Shown: positions 9,048-19,894, counted from the stretch's first letter. The stretch: 64,000 nucleotides of DNA from a bacterium (GCA_021821305.1 JAKACP010000001.1:132934-196933), one strand, 5' to 3'. Made by a program: numbers and translations. The notes: generated by a model not told the origin, from the letters alone.

Positions 9048-10205
9048 TTATTTTCTCACCGGCATCGCGATATAGAGGAAATTATCCTTTTCTCCGGCGG
9101 ATTTATCGGAAGACCCTCCTTTCAGGGCGACAGGAGTGGAATTCGAGTTCGCAAAAAAGGTCACTTTCTCGGAATCAAGCACATTGAGACCGTCAAGGAT
9201 ATATCGGGGATTGAATATGATTTCAAGGAGATCATTACCGGCGACATCACAATGTAGGACAGTCTCATTCTCACCCACATCCGCCGATTTCGATGATATC
9301 CGCATCTCACCCTTACTTGGTATGATAGCGACACTCATCTCGCCGTTCGTTTGTGAAGTGAATACGCCCGCCATACGGACCGCGCGGAGAAATTCCTCAC
9401 GGGAAACCGTCGCCTCATAAGCATATGTCTTCGGAAGTATCTGCTTATAATCCGGATACTTCCCATTTATCACCCTTGAAACGATAGAAATACCGTCTAT
9501 TTCGAAAAACACCTGGTTTTCCTCGAATGATACTTTCACGGATTCGGTTTCCGGAGAAATGACGCGCGCTATCTCTTGAAGCGGCAGCTGTGGGATGATA
9601 AAAGATTGGTTTTGTTCCGCGAAACTCGCATATTCGGGAGAAATATCCTTCTTCGGGACGGAAAGGATGTATTCCGCAAGCCGGAAACTGTCCGTCGCGG
9701 CCATATGGATCTCATTGTCCACGAAAAGAAAATTCACACCAGTAAGCTCGATCCGACTCTCATTCACGGAAACACAAGGGAGGAGTTCCTGAAGAGCGGT
9801 TTTAAGCTCTTGAGCAGGGAGAGTGAGGATATATTCCCCTTGCTTCTCCGGAATGATCGGGAAATCCTTCGGATCCAACCCTTTTATCTTCATGTTGTAG
9901 CCGCCGCTCTCGAGTGAAACGGTATTCCCGTCTATATCCATCGAAACCACATCTCCCGCAGGAAGGTTGTGTATGAAATTACTGACGATCTTCACGGGCA
10001 CCGCTATCTCGCTTGTACCCTCGATCTTCGCGCTGACATACGCGGTGACACCTATCTCCAGGTTCGTCGCCGAAAGCTTCAAATTCCCATTGTCGTTCCG
10101 AAGGAGGAAATTACTCAATATGGGAAGCGTGGATTGTTTTCCTGATGCCCGCTCAAGGAATGAAAGTGCTCGGGCGATATTTTCCTGCGTGCAGACGATA
10201 TGCAT
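9048..10205 (-). CDS. dnaN: DNA polymerase III beta clamp
   Basis: LPILSN, ATNLEIG, ATDSFRL, GKYPDY, FNPRYILD, AMPVR. Confidence 0.98.
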   Translation of the reverse strand: MHIVCTQENIARALSFLERASGKQSTLPILSNFLLRNDNGNLKLSATNLEIGVTAYVSAKIEGTSEIAVPVKIVSNFIHNLPAGDVVSMDIDGNTVSLESGGYNMKIKGLDPKDFPIIPEKQGEYILTLPAQELKTALQELLPCVSVNESRIELTGVNFLFVDNEIHMAATDSFRLAEYILSVPKKDISPEYASFAEQNQSFIIPQLPLQEIARVISPETESVKVSFEENQVFFEIDGISIVSRVINGKYPDYKQILPKTYAYEATVSREEFLRAVRMAGVFTSQTNGEMSVAIIPSKGEMRISSKSADVGENETVLHCDVAGNDLLEIIFNPRYILDGLNVLDSEKVTFFANSNSTPVALKGGSSDKSAGEKDNFLYIAMPVRK

Positions 10206-10449
10206 AACTATAAGTTATAAGAAGAATTTATATAAAAATCATTACTCTTATTAGTGCTGTGAAGATGTGGATAACCCGCTGACTCCGCCCTACCAAGCTT
10301 TTTTCATCGATCATCCTTCGGTATCCGTTTATACAATATGTCGTGTTTTTTAGGAAAAAATGAACTATCCGTTTCCTTGTGATTTTTTATGAACATATAT
10401 TTCCCATATGATACAGGGATATACGGAGGTTATACAACGTTTATCCACC
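10206..10449. promoter_or_regulatory. Probable oriC segment between dnaA and dnaN
   Basis: Perfect DnaA box TGTGGATAA at 10266-10274, near-boxes including TTATCCACC at 10441, and an AT-rich tract at about 10205-10250. Confidence 0.7.
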
Positions 10450-11886
10450 ATATGATTGGTAGAGCTCCGTTTTTATCGCGGAGAGTTCACCTTTCAATCG
10501 AAGATTCTTTTCTATATCTTTTCCTATTTTTTCAAATGCATGAAGTGCGGTCGTATGATCCCTTCCACCGAAAAACTCCCCTATGGAAGAAAATGACATA
10601 TTGAGTTCGCTTCGGAAAAGGTGCATCGCGACCTGTCTTGGGTGTGATATACCTTTTTTTCGGCCTTTCTTGATAAGGTCTTCCTCGGTGACATCGTAGT
10701 GTTTCGTGATGGCGTCGATGATATCCTTCGTTTGGATATTCTTTTTCCCCTGCACGATGAGTTGGGAGAGGATTTTTTCGACTATGGATGTCGATGGTTG
10801 TACTTTATAGAATTCGGAATACGCGATGACACGGTTCAGCGCTCCTTCAAGCTCCCGTATGTTCTGGGTGATGTTTTCAGCTATGAACCGTATCGAATCA
10901 TCATCGAGCGGAATCGATTTTTCCACCACTTTTTTCTTCAGGATAGCCATCCGTGTCTCAAGATTCGGTTGGCTTATATCGACGATCATACCGCCTTCAA
11001 AGCGGGATCTGAGGCGATCCTCGAGCGTCGGTATCGATTTCGGCGGTCGATCGCTTGATATGACGATCTGTTTGTTGATCTGGTAGAGGGCGTTGAAAAT
11101 ATGAAAAAACTCATTCTGCGTCTTTTCACGCCCTGAGAGGAATTGGACATCATCGATGATGAGGAGATCTATCTGCTGGTAGTATTCCTTGAATTTGTCG
11201 ATTTTTTGGTTCCGTATCGACTCGACCAGCTCGCTCGTGAACCGCTCGGAAGTGATATATTTTATGATCTTTTCCGGATGATTTGCCTTTACTTCGTTCC
11301 CAAGCGATTGGAGAAGGTGTGTTTTTCCGAGGCCGACGCCCCCATAGATGAACAAAGGGTTATATGCGCCCCCGAGATTCTGTGAAACCGAAAAACACGC
11401 GGCTCTCGCGAGTTCATTGTTTTCCGCGACGACGAAATCGTCGAATGTGTACCGCGGGTTCAGGTTCGATTCGTGGTAGAGGGCTGTTGTTTGGCGCTGT
11501 GGGACGGAATGTGACGGATGACCTGCTTGGGGTGGAGAGTTGGGATTCTCACTTGTGTGATCGGAAATCGACTGCGTTCGTTGTACCGCGTCTATCGATT
11601 TCATCGGCGTCATCATCGGTTGCTGTTGTGGTCCTGAGATAAAGCATTTTATTCCATTGATCCGCTCATCAAACCCGCGAAGCGATCTGAGGATCTCAAG
11701 ATTATACTTGTTTTCAAGCCATTCTTTCGCAAAGCCGTTCGGGACGCTGATGGTGACCAAGCCGTTTTCATTGGAAAGAATGGAGGTGTTCCGGAACCAT
11801 GTGACGAAATTCGCCTTCGAAATGGAAAGCTCGACCTGTCCCAAAACCCCCTTCCAAAGCTCTTCGTTCGTCATAACTTTTTCCAT
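10441..11886 (-). CDS. dnaA: Chromosomal replication initiator DnaA
   Basis: LNPRYTFDDFV, YNPLFIYGGVGLGKTHL, IDDVQF, RLRSRF, GGRDHTT. Confidence 0.99.
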   Translation of the reverse strand: MEKVMTNEELWKGVLGQVELSISKANFVTWFRNTSILSNENGLVTISVPNGFAKEWLENKYNLEILRSLRGFDERINGIKCFISGPQQQPMMTPMKSIDAVQRTQSISDHTSENPNSPPQAGHPSHSVPQRQTTALYHESNLNPRYTFDDFVVAENNELARAACFSVSQNLGGAYNPLFIYGGVGLGKTHLLQSLGNEVKANHPEKIIKYITSERFTSELVESIRNQKIDKFKEYYQQIDLLIIDDVQFLSGREKTQNEFFHIFNALYQINKQIVISSDRPPKSIPTLEDRLRSRFEGGMIVDISQPNLETRMAILKKKVVEKSIPLDDDSIRFIAENITQNIRELEGALNRVIAYSEFYKVQPSTSIVEKILSQLIVQGKKNIQTKDIIDAITKHYDVTEEDLIKKGRKKGISHPRQVAMHLFRSELNMSFSSIGEFFGGRDHTTALHAFEKIGKDIEKNLRLKGELSAIKTELYQSYGG

Positions 11887-11992
11887 AAACCGGGCGTCAT
11901 AGCCTATGATCGACGAATCCCTACACCCTTACGCCATCCTCGGAAAGGTGAAAAGAAGTATATCATGTTTCCGTTTTTTGGTCGCCATCCTA

Positions 11993-12012
11993 TGTGAATA
12001 ATCGGTGGATAA
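11993..12012. promoter_or_regulatory. Two DnaA-box-like sites in the dnaA-rpmH divergent region
   Basis: TGTGAATAA (11993-12001) and GGTGGATAA (12004-12012). Confidence 0.6.
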
Positions 12013-12114
12013 ATCAAGAATATGGGGTAATTATCGCATGGTTGACTTCTTCGCGGCATCCTGGTATCCTTCTTTTATGTCGAACCGACGTTTTTTTAGG
12101 TTTTTCTCAAAAAT

Positions 12115-12249
12115 ATGAAGCGTACGTACCAACCGAAGAAGCTCCGCCGAGCCAAAAGACACGGATTCTTGGAGCGGATGAACACCGCGGGGGGGCAGAA
12201 AGTCATCAAAAGCAGGAGAACTCAGGGGCGAAAAAAGCTTTCCGTTTAG
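12115..12249 (+). CDS. rpmH: 50S ribosomal protein L34 (absent from the ORF track)
   Basis: Manual translation [44 protein letters not shown]. Confidence 0.97.
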   Translation: MKRTYQPKKLRRAKRHGFLERMNTAGGQKVIKSRRTQGRKKLSV

Positions 12250-12263
12250 AGCTTGTTCAATAT

Positions 12264-12611
12264 ATGCTTCCGAAATCGCTCCGCTTGAAAAATTCGGAAC
12301 TCTTTCAAAAGGCTTTTCGTTTCGGAAAGCCCTTTTTCTTTGGAAATATGGGGTGTAAGGTCATATTTTCCCAAGATATGGGGAAAAAAGTAGGATTTTC
12401 CCTTTCGAAAAAGATTTTTCCTCGTGCCGTCGACCGAAATCGGGCCAAAAGGGCTCTGTCGGATGCCGCGGCATTTTTTTGGGATGATATACCCCAAGGT
12501 GTTTTCGTGGTATTCTTCCTTCGTGCCCATGAAGGATTCCTCGGGAAAGAGATCGTGATGAAGGACTTTTCCGGCCTGATTTCGAAGGTAAATGCCTCTA
12601 AACCCAAATGA
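12264..12611 (+). CDS. rnpA: Ribonuclease P protein component
   Basis: MLPKSLRLK, GFSLSKK, RAVDRNRAKR (RNR motif); follows rpmH. Confidence 0.92.
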   Translation: MLPKSLRLKNSELFQKAFRFGKPFFFGNMGCKVIFSQDMGKKVGFSLSKKIFPRAVDRNRAKRALSDAAAFFWDDIPQGVFVVFFLRAHEGFLGKEIVMKDFSGLISKVNASKPK

Positions 12612-13351
12612 ATATGATGCAGATATACGATGCGATAGTCTATGAGCCGCTTTACAACAGTATCGTTTTCTTCGCTGACCTCTTTCCGGGCGCGAATTTC
12701 GGCCTCGCCATCATCGCGACGACGATCCTTATAAAATTCCTTTTTCTGTCGCTTTCGAAAAAACAGATCGAAACACAGAAAAAAATGCAGGAAATACAGC
12801 CGAAATTGAAGGAAATACAGCAGAAATACAAGAATGACAAGGAGCGGCAGGCGAAGGAACTGATGGAGTTCTACCGCACCAACAAGGTGAATCCGTTTTC
12901 CGGCTGTCTCCCGCTTCTCGTGCAGATATTCTTCCTGATCACCATATATCAGATCATCATGAAGATCTCGGCCACGGGATTTTCAATAGATTCGTCCCTG
13001 CTTTACCCGTTCGTTTCCAATCCGGGGACCCTCTCGCATACCTTCTTCGGCATAGCGGATCTCGCTGTCCCGAGCGCTCTTTTTGCCATTCTCGCCGCTG
13101 TCGGCCAGTATTTCCAGATGAAGATGCTTATAAAGATGCAGCCGGAAAAACCGAAGGATGCGAAAAAAGATACGGATGAACCGGATTTCGCGACCATCAT
13201 GAACAAACAGATGCTTTATATCGGTCCGGCGCTTACGCTTTGGATCGGGTTCACCTTTCCAGCCGGACTTTCCTTGTATTGGCTTGTTTCCACGATTTTT
13301 GCGATCATACAACAGCAGTTCATCCTGAAGAAGAAGGAAGTTAATCCCTAA
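12608..13351 (+). CDS. yidC: Membrane protein insertase YidC
   Basis: MQEIQPKLKEIQQKY, NPFSGCLPLLVQ, PAGLSLYW. Confidence 0.96.
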   Translation: MNMMQIYDAIVYEPLYNSIVFFADLFPGANFGLAIIATTILIKFLFLSLSKKQIETQKKMQEIQPKLKEIQQKYKNDKERQAKELMEFYRTNKVNPFSGCLPLLVQIFFLITIYQIIMKISATGFSIDSSLLYPFVSNPGTLSHTFFGIADLAVPSALFAILAAVGQYFQMKMLIKMQPEKPKDAKKDTDEPDFATIMNKQMLYIGPALTLWIGFTFPAGLSLYWLVSTIFAIIQQQFILKKKEVNP

Positions 13352-13361
13352 GATCGCACCT

Positions 13362-13850
13362 ATGGGAGAAAAAAATTTCCAATCCGTCGTCATGGAAACA
13401 TTGGAGGATGTTCTCGCAAAAATCGGGGTAGAGGATGCGAACATATCGATCCGGTCTGGACGAAGCGGGTTGAACGAGGCTTTCATCTGCGCGGTTTCGG
13501 TCAATAGGGATGATTCGAAGCTGCTTATCGGACAGCATGGAGCGACGCTTTCCGCCCTGCAACACCTCACCCAGGTGCTTGCGAAGCAGAAATCATCCGA
13601 ATACGAGGGATTCTCGGTGGATATCAACGAATACTGGAAGGGAAAGCAATCCCTTCTCGAACGTGATGCGGAAGAGGCCGCTCACAAAGTGATCGCATCC
13701 GGACGACCGGTGCACCTGCGGCCCATGCTTTCCTATGAACGAAAAATCATCCACCTGACGCTTTCCAAGAACGACAAGGTGGAAACCGAAAGTCTCGGTA
13801 AGGGTGAGGAGCGGAAGGTCGTCGTGAAGCCGGCCGCACTCCTTTCCTGA
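13362..13850 (+). CDS. jag: Jag/KhpB KH-R3H RNA-binding protein (short form)
   Basis: LIGQHGATLSALQ, ERKIIH, TESLGKGEERKVV. Confidence 0.88.
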   Translation: MGEKNFQSVVMETLEDVLAKIGVEDANISIRSGRSGLNEAFICAVSVNRDDSKLLIGQHGATLSALQHLTQVLAKQKSSEYEGFSVDINEYWKGKQSLLERDAEEAAHKVIASGRPVHLRPMLSYERKIIHLTLSKNDKVETESLGKGEERKVVVKPAALLS

Positions 13851-13967
13851 AGTACGAATGTTTTGCCAGGAAAATGAAATATCCATCCGAACAGGGATGG
13901 ATTTTCCTTTGTTTGCCTTTTCCTTCCTCAAAACGTACAATGGGAGGGTACTATTTCGGAAAAGTCT

Positions 13968-15422
13968 ATGGCGATTGCCAGAAAAATCGCGTACAACATC
14001 GTCTTCAATTCCTTTTTGAAGGTGCTTACGACGGTCGCGCTCTCACTCCTCTCCATCCGGCTTATCACGGGATATCTCGGCAAGGAGGGCTTCGGAGACT
14101 ACACCACCATTCTCGCTTTCTTCGCCTTCTTTTCCGCGATCGCGGATCTCGGTATCAGCGCCGTCACCGTAAGGGAGATTTCCCGGGAGGGATCCGATGA
14201 AGAGGATATCCTGAGCCGGGTCGTTTCGCTCCGTATATTCTCCTCTCTCGCGCTTTTCCTGCTCGTCCCCGTCATCCTTTTCTTCTTCGCATACCCGTTC
14301 TCGGTCAAGCTCGGTATTTGGATCACCTCGGGCGCGGTCATATTTTCCTCGTTTTCCCTTTTCTTAAACGGTATTTTCCAGAAAAACATAGCCATGGACC
14401 GTGTCGCCATGGTCGAGTTCTTCGGGAAGCTCGCGCAGGTCGGCGCCGTTTTCGCGGTCGTTTCATTCGATCTCGGCTTTCTCGCGATCGTGTCGACCCT
14501 GGTCATTTCGCTCATATTCAACGCGACCCTCGCCTTCGTTCTGAGCCGAAAATATGTCAGGTTCGCCTTTATCGTCGACGTGGCGTACTGGAAGAAATTC
14601 CTCCACGAGTCGCTTCCGCTCGGCGGGAGCGCACTCATAACCTTCTTTTACTTCAAATTGGACGCCATACTCCTCTCCATTCTCCAAGGGAGCGCCGCGG
14701 TCGGTATCTATGGCGTGGCGTACAAGGTCATGGAGAACCTGACGTTCTTCCCAGCCATGCTCGCCGGGCTCATCCTCCCCCTCCTCGCGAGGTCCGTCTT
14801 TACGGACAAGGAAAAATTCCGTGATATCGCGGACACCACGTTCCGCGTGTTCCTCATCGTCGTCGTACCGATCATCATCGGGGGGATTTTCTTCTCATCG
14901 GATATCATAAGCATCGTGAGCGGATCCGGATTCGAGGAATCGGTCGTCGTGCTCGAGCTCCTACTTCTCTCGCTCGGATTCATCTTTTTCGGCCACTATT
15001 TCAACATGATGCTCATCGTGGGGAACCTTCAGAAAAAACTCATGAAGACGCTCCTGTTCGTGGCCATCCTCAATATCTCCATGAACCTCTTCCTCATACC
15101 GAAATATTCCTATCTCGGAGCGGCGATCGCATCGGTCCTGACCGAGTTCTCGGTCGTCACGCTCACTGGCTTTCTCGTCTACAAGTTCCTCGACTACAAG
15201 CCGTCCTTCGGGAAGATATGGCGGGTATTCCTCGCCGGCCTTTCCATGGCGGCTTTCCTCTACGAGTTTCATGGGGCGCTCCCGTTCATCGTCGCGGGAT
15301 TCCTTTCCGTCTTGGTGTACCTTTTCGCTCTCTGGGCGGTACGCGCGGTGACCAGTCAGGAAATAACCGAGCTTTTTTCGAAGAAACCGACCGTGTTCGT
15401 CCCGCAGGAGGAGATAGTGTAG
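13968..15422 (+). CDS. Wzx-type polysaccharide flippase
   Basis: About 14 TM helices; YLGKEGFG, DLGI, D.ILL, VGIYG.AY, GAAIA motifs. Confidence 0.9.
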   Translation: MAIARKIAYNIVFNSFLKVLTTVALSLLSIRLITGYLGKEGFGDYTTILAFFAFFSAIADLGISAVTVREISREGSDEEDILSRVVSLRIFSSLALFLLVPVILFFFAYPFSVKLGIWITSGAVIFSSFSLFLNGIFQKNIAMDRVAMVEFFGKLAQVGAVFAVVSFDLGFLAIVSTLVISLIFNATLAFVLSRKYVRFAFIVDVAYWKKFLHESLPLGGSALITFFYFKLDAILLSILQGSAAVGIYGVAYKVMENLTFFPAMLAGLILPLLARSVFTDKEKFRDIADTTFRVFLIVVVPIIIGGIFFSSDIISIVSGSGFEESVVVLELLLLSLGFIFFGHYFNMMLIVGNLQKKLMKTLLFVAILNISMNLFLIPKYSYLGAAIASVLTEFSVVTLTGFLVYKFLDYKPSFGKIWRVFLAGLSMAAFLYEFHGALPFIVAGFLSVLVYLFALWAVRAVTSQEITELFSKKPTVFVPQEEIV

Positions 15423-15520
15423 AAAGCTTTTTGCCCCGGTATTCGACAATGGCAGCGTGATGGATGCCGCCACCCACCGTATCCCGGCTTCCGGGATATC
15501 TCCCGGTAAAGAATCACGGT

Positions 15521-16387
15521 ATGAGACAGCAACCGAAAATTTTCGTCGTCATCCTGAATTGGAACGGGAAAGAGGTCCTTTTGGATTGTCTCCGCTCCAT
15601 TTTCTCCCTCGACTACGGGAACTTCGAGGTCGTCGTCGTGGACAACGCCTCCCGCGACGGGTCGCTCGAATCGGCCCGATCCTCTTTCGGGCGGGCGCAC
15701 TTCATCGTGAACGAAGCCAACAACGGGTTTGCCGCCGGTATGAATATCGGCATCAAATTCGCTCTTTCGAAAGGAGCACAGTACGTCTGGGTGCTCAATA
15801 ACGACACCGTCTGCGGCCGGGAATCGCTTCGCGAACTTCTTTCCGCCGCCGAACAGGAAGAAAAATGCGCGATTTTCAGTCCGCTCATACTGACTCCTTC
15901 CGGGAAAGCCTGGTTTTCCGCGGGGAAGATTGATTTCCTACGGATGAGAGCCTATCACGCGGACCCGGAGGTATCGACCCGCGAGAGCGAGCCGTATGAG
16001 AGCGGATACCTTTCCGGCTGCGCGATGTTTTTTTTGGGATCAACGATCAAAAAAATCGGATTTTTCGATGAAAAATACTTCCTGTACTATGAAGATGCCG
16101 ATCTTTCCGTCCGGGCCAAGAAGGCCGGTTGCCGGCTGCTCATGGTCCCGAAGTCGGTGATCGTACACGCCGAACAGAGCGGGCGCAATCCGGAAAAGAC
16201 ATACTGGCTGGTCCGTTCCGGCCTGCGGTTTTTCGCGCTCCATACCCCTGCGGTTCTTCGACCCTGGATGACGCTTTACATTCTGCTGAGAAAGGTGAAG
16301 AATGGTATGGATAAGAGCAAAGGGAAGGAGGAGGCCTTTCTCGTTTCTCGGGCCTATGAAGATTACCGAAAATCAGAAAAATCCTGA
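15521..16387 (+). CDS. Glycosyltransferase family 2
   Basis: VVILNWNG, VVDNASRDGS, NNGFAAG.N.G, LNND, YYEDAD. Confidence 0.93.
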   Translation: MRQQPKIFVVILNWNGKEVLLDCLRSIFSLDYGNFEVVVVDNASRDGSLESARSSFGRAHFIVNEANNGFAAGMNIGIKFALSKGAQYVWVLNNDTVCGRESLRELLSAAEQEEKCAIFSPLILTPSGKAWFSAGKIDFLRMRAYHADPEVSTRESEPYESGYLSGCAMFFLGSTIKKIGFFDEKYFLYYEDADLSVRAKKAGCRLLMVPKSVIVHAEQSGRNPEKTYWLVRSGLRFFALHTPAVLRPWMTLYILLRKVKNGMDKSKGKEEAFLVSRAYEDYRKSEKS

Positions 16388-17222
16388 ATTTTCCCTCATA
16401 TACGTCAATTTCAGAAGCGCCGACTTGCTCGCCGAGTCGCTCGGGTCGCTTCGAAGGAACGGGGTTTTGGGCGAGGATGTCGAGGTCATTCTCGTGAATA
16501 ATGACCGGGAAGAAGAGGAAAAACTCCGGTACGTGGCGGCGAAGTTTTCCTGCACATCGCTGTCATTTCAGGAAAACCGCGGTTTCGGCTGGGCTGTGAA
16601 TCAGGCGGCCGGAAAGGCGCGCGGGAAATACATCGGCTGTATCAATCCGGATACGGAGTTCCTCGGAGGCTCCCTTTCCCCGATAGCGGGTCTTTTCGAA
16701 AAATATCAGAAAATCGGCATCATCGGTGCGAAAATAGTCGGTCCGGATGGGGCTCCGGAGAAGTGGAGTGCCGGGAAGAAACTTTCGCTGTGGCAGATCA
16801 TACGGAACAACACCGGGTTTCCTTCGGGTCGGCGATTGTGGATGAGCCAAAAGAATCGCTCGGTCGGATGGGTGAGCGGAGCCGCTCTTTTCATCAGGAA
16901 AGAACTTTTCGATCGGCTGTCCGGGTTCGATGAGCGGTTCTTCCTCTATTTCGAGGATGTGGATCTCTGCTATCGGGCCAAGCAAGAGGGTTTCCTCGTC
17001 GCCTTCTGCCCAAAAATCTCTTTTCTTCATAAAGGCGGCATGAGCCATGAATCGAAGCGATCGCAAAAGGAGTTGTTCTACGATTCCCAAAGGAAATATT
17101 TCGAGAAGCATCGTCCGAAGTGGGAACGCCTTTTGTTGGAAGGGGCCCGGAAAACGTTGAAATCCGGGTACTCCGGGGAACCGGACGGGAAGTCGCCCAT
17201 CATACTCCCCCACACATCATGA
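16356..17222 (+). CDS. Glycosyltransferase family 2
   Basis: NRGFG, INPD, VSGAAL, GFDERFFLYFEDVDLC. Confidence 0.92.
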   Translation: MKITENQKNPEFSLIYVNFRSADLLAESLGSLRRNGVLGEDVEVILVNNDREEEEKLRYVAAKFSCTSLSFQENRGFGWAVNQAAGKARGKYIGCINPDTEFLGGSLSPIAGLFEKYQKIGIIGAKIVGPDGAPEKWSAGKKLSLWQIIRNNTGFPSGRRLWMSQKNRSVGWVSGAALFIRKELFDRLSGFDERFFLYFEDVDLCYRAKQEGFLVAFCPKISFLHKGGMSHESKRSQKELFYDSQRKYFEKHRPKWERLLLEGARKTLKSGYSGEPDGKSPIILPHTS

Positions 17223-18502
17223 TCCTTCTGCGGTTATCACAGATTTTTCTCCTGACGCTTCCCTTCCAGGTGGCACTCAGTCCGATTCCCGGAATCGATC
17301 TTTCGGGAGCGAGGATTTTTGCGCTGTCACTCTTCCTTTTCTGGCTCACCACCGGACTTTTCAGGAAAAAACTGTTCATCCCCACATCTTTCGACGCGCT
17401 TCTTCTTGTTTCTTTCGTCTTCCTCTCCTGCGTCTCGTTTCTCTGGGCGGAGAACGCTGAATGGGCCGTCCGTCGAGCCACCTTCTTCCTCTCATTTTCC
17501 CCGCTCTTCCTCGTTTTTTCCGCGCTCGTGAGGGAATTCGGGAAGAGGGCGATTTCCGCATTGCTTCGATCATTCGTCCTCGGTGCGGCCGTCGCCGCCT
17601 TCGTCGGCATCATCCAATCCGTTTCCCAGCTTTTTTTCGGACCGGGTCCCGTCTTTCGTTTCTGGGTCGAGCACGTCATACCGGCATTTCTCGGCGGCTC
17701 GTTCGCGAGTTCCGTAGCCGAGTACCCGAGCCTGCTCGCCAATATCGGCGGGGCGACCGTACTTCGGGCGACCGCCTTTTTCCCCGATCCGCATATGTTC
17801 GCGTTTTATATGGGACTCGCCCTGCCGATCGCTTTCGGGTTCGCGCTTCTTTCGGATACCACCCACGAAAAGATATTCTTTTTTTCGGCATTCTTCCTTA
17901 TCGCGATGGCTGACCTCCTTTCGTTCTCGAGAGGAGGCTATGTCGGCCTCGGGTTCGGCGCCGTCCTCGCGGGAGCGATGACGTTGCGACAGGTGAAAGG
18001 GACCCGATCCTTGCTGTTCGTCGCCGGCATATCGTTCGCGCTCCTCGCGCTCCTGTTCGTCGACAACCCGATAAAACAGCGGCTGTTCTCATCGTTTTCG
18101 CTGGAGGACGGATCCAATCAGGGCCGCGTGGCCATATGGGAGGAGGCCGTGGAAGACATTTCCGAACGGCCGCTCCTCGGATATGGTATCGGAAACTATC
18201 CGCTCGCGGTCAAACCGACGGCCGAATACCGAGAACCCATTTATGCGCACAACCTTTTCCTCGATATCGCCTCCGAAACGGGAGTTCTCGGCGGAGCACT
18301 CTTTTTCATCGCATTTTTCACGGTTTTTTGGAAATTTTTGAAAAACCGATCGGTTCTGTTTTCCGCCTCCGCCATCTCGCTCGCGATTTTTTTCGGACAC
18401 GCGCTTTTCGAACTCCCCCTCTATTCCGTGCACATACTGCCTGTCCTCCTTCTCTTCCTCTCTCTCCCTGGATTCGTGAACGAATCTGAAAAAAAACTAT
18501 GA
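17219..18502 (+). CDS. O-antigen ligase/polymerase family protein
   Basis: Multi-TM; RATAFFPDPH, SFSRGG, R..IW, GYGIGNY, AHNLFL. Confidence 0.88.
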   Translation: MILLRLSQIFLLTLPFQVALSPIPGIDLSGARIFALSLFLFWLTTGLFRKKLFIPTSFDALLLVSFVFLSCVSFLWAENAEWAVRRATFFLSFSPLFLVFSALVREFGKRAISALLRSFVLGAAVAAFVGIIQSVSQLFFGPGPVFRFWVEHVIPAFLGGSFASSVAEYPSLLANIGGATVLRATAFFPDPHMFAFYMGLALPIAFGFALLSDTTHEKIFFFSAFFLIAMADLLSFSRGGYVGLGFGAVLAGAMTLRQVKGTRSLLFVAGISFALLALLFVDNPIKQRLFSSFSLEDGSNQGRVAIWEEAVEDISERPLLGYGIGNYPLAVKPTAEYREPIYAHNLFLDIASETGVLGGALFFIAFFTVFWKFLKNRSVLFSASAISLAIFFGHALFELPLYSVHILPVLLLFLSLPGFVNESEKKL

Positions 18503-19749
18503 TATCACCGGAATTTTTTCTGAAAACGATGCTGTTTCTCGCTTTCCTTCTTTTCCCCTTCGCCCAGGAACGGCTGGTCATATTCGGGATACCGGTCTAT
18601 GCGCTCGAATTCCTGACCATCCTTTCCGGTAGCGCTTTCCTCTTCGGTATATGGAAAGGATCGATCGCGGTGAAACGGATACCGAGAGGGCTGCTATGGG
18701 GCGCAGGGCTCCTCTTCGGCGGTGCGGCCATATCGCTCCTCATGAACGGAGTCGATCGGGAAGGGCTCGGAGCTCTCAAGAGCTGGATACTGTTCCCGAT
18801 GCTGTTCGCGTTCCTGGCGTACCAGGGAATTTCCACTCCCAGTCAAAAAAACGCGGCGCTTCTCCTGTGGTTCGTGGGAATTTCCCTGGTGGCATCCGCC
18901 ACCTTCCTTATACCGAGCTTGTCCACGGAAACGTATGACGGTCGCCTCCGCTCCTTTTTCCCGTCCCCGAACCACCTCGCGATGTTTCTCGTCCCCGGCG
19001 CCGTGATCGGATCATTCCTCCTCTCGCGGTGCATGAAGCCTCTGCCGAAAGGGGGTCTCACGCCGAACCTCTTCGTGATAGCGCTCATGCTTTCGATCGT
19101 CATCGGCGCACTCCTCAAAACCGAATCTCTCGGCGGGGTGGTCGGTTTCGCCTCGGCCGTCGCCGTTCTCCTCGCCTCCTCCTCCCTTCAGCCTCACATT
19201 CTCCGGAAATCGGCCCCGATCCTTTTCCTCTGCGCCGTCGCGATCGTCGGATGTATCGCCTTTTCGGTCGATTGGGCGAGTCTCGCAAGCGGAGAAACCC
19301 GGACATCACTCGGATCCCGGGTGATGATATGGAACACGTCGCTCAGCCTGATAACCGAACATCCGGTAGCGGGGATAGGGATGAGAAATTTCGAGGAGGC
19401 ATACCTCGCCTTGCAACCGTTCTTTCCGTCGTACCTCGAGTGGGCGGTGCCGCATCCGCACAATATCGTGCTCGCCTTCTGGCTCTTCACCGGAGTCGTG
19501 GGGCTCATCGGCTTCCTGACGCTCGTTATTCTCACCGTCAGCTCGCTCCTGGATCGCCTGTCGTCCGGAACCGATCCGGAGGCTCGCCGATTCCACGGGC
19601 TCATGCTGGCGCTCCTGGTGGCGCTCCTGGTGCAGGGGCTCGTCGATACGCCGTACTTCAGGAATGATCTCAGTTTCTTCTTCTGGGCGATCGTAGCGTT
19701 GTCCGCAATTCTGTCCGGAGATGGAAAGCGTGGTTCCGATGCTTCCTGA
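18499..19749 (+). CDS. O-antigen ligase family protein (second copy)
   Basis: GRLRSFFPSPNHLA, SRVMIW, GIGMRNF, HPHNI, DTPYFRND. Confidence 0.87.
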   Translation: MISPEFFLKTMLFLAFLLFPFAQERLVIFGIPVYALEFLTILSGSAFLFGIWKGSIAVKRIPRGLLWGAGLLFGGAAISLLMNGVDREGLGALKSWILFPMLFAFLAYQGISTPSQKNAALLLWFVGISLVASATFLIPSLSTETYDGRLRSFFPSPNHLAMFLVPGAVIGSFLLSRCMKPLPKGGLTPNLFVIALMLSIVIGALLKTESLGGVVGFASAVAVLLASSSLQPHILRKSAPILFLCAVAIVGCIAFSVDWASLASGETRTSLGSRVMIWNTSLSLITEHPVAGIGMRNFEEAYLALQPFFPSYLEWAVPHPHNIVLAFWLFTGVVGLIGFLTLVILTVSSLLDRLSSGTDPEARRFHGLMLALLVALLVQGLVDTPYFRNDLSFFFWAIVALSAILSGDGKRGSDAS

Positions 19750-19894
19750 TAGGCTCTGAAACATTCCCATCCGGTACAAATTTTTTCTCGGAGCAAAACT
19801 TGTACCGGAACGGAGTCTTGCGGGTATGTCAAAAAACGGAAAAGGCGCCGAAGCGCCGGAAGAAGTCTTATAAAACATCGAGTCGTATCGACCG

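Noticed and set aside
11994-12263. N-terminal extension of RnpA in the ORF track
   Set aside because: It overlaps rpmH in another frame; the true start is ATG 12264.
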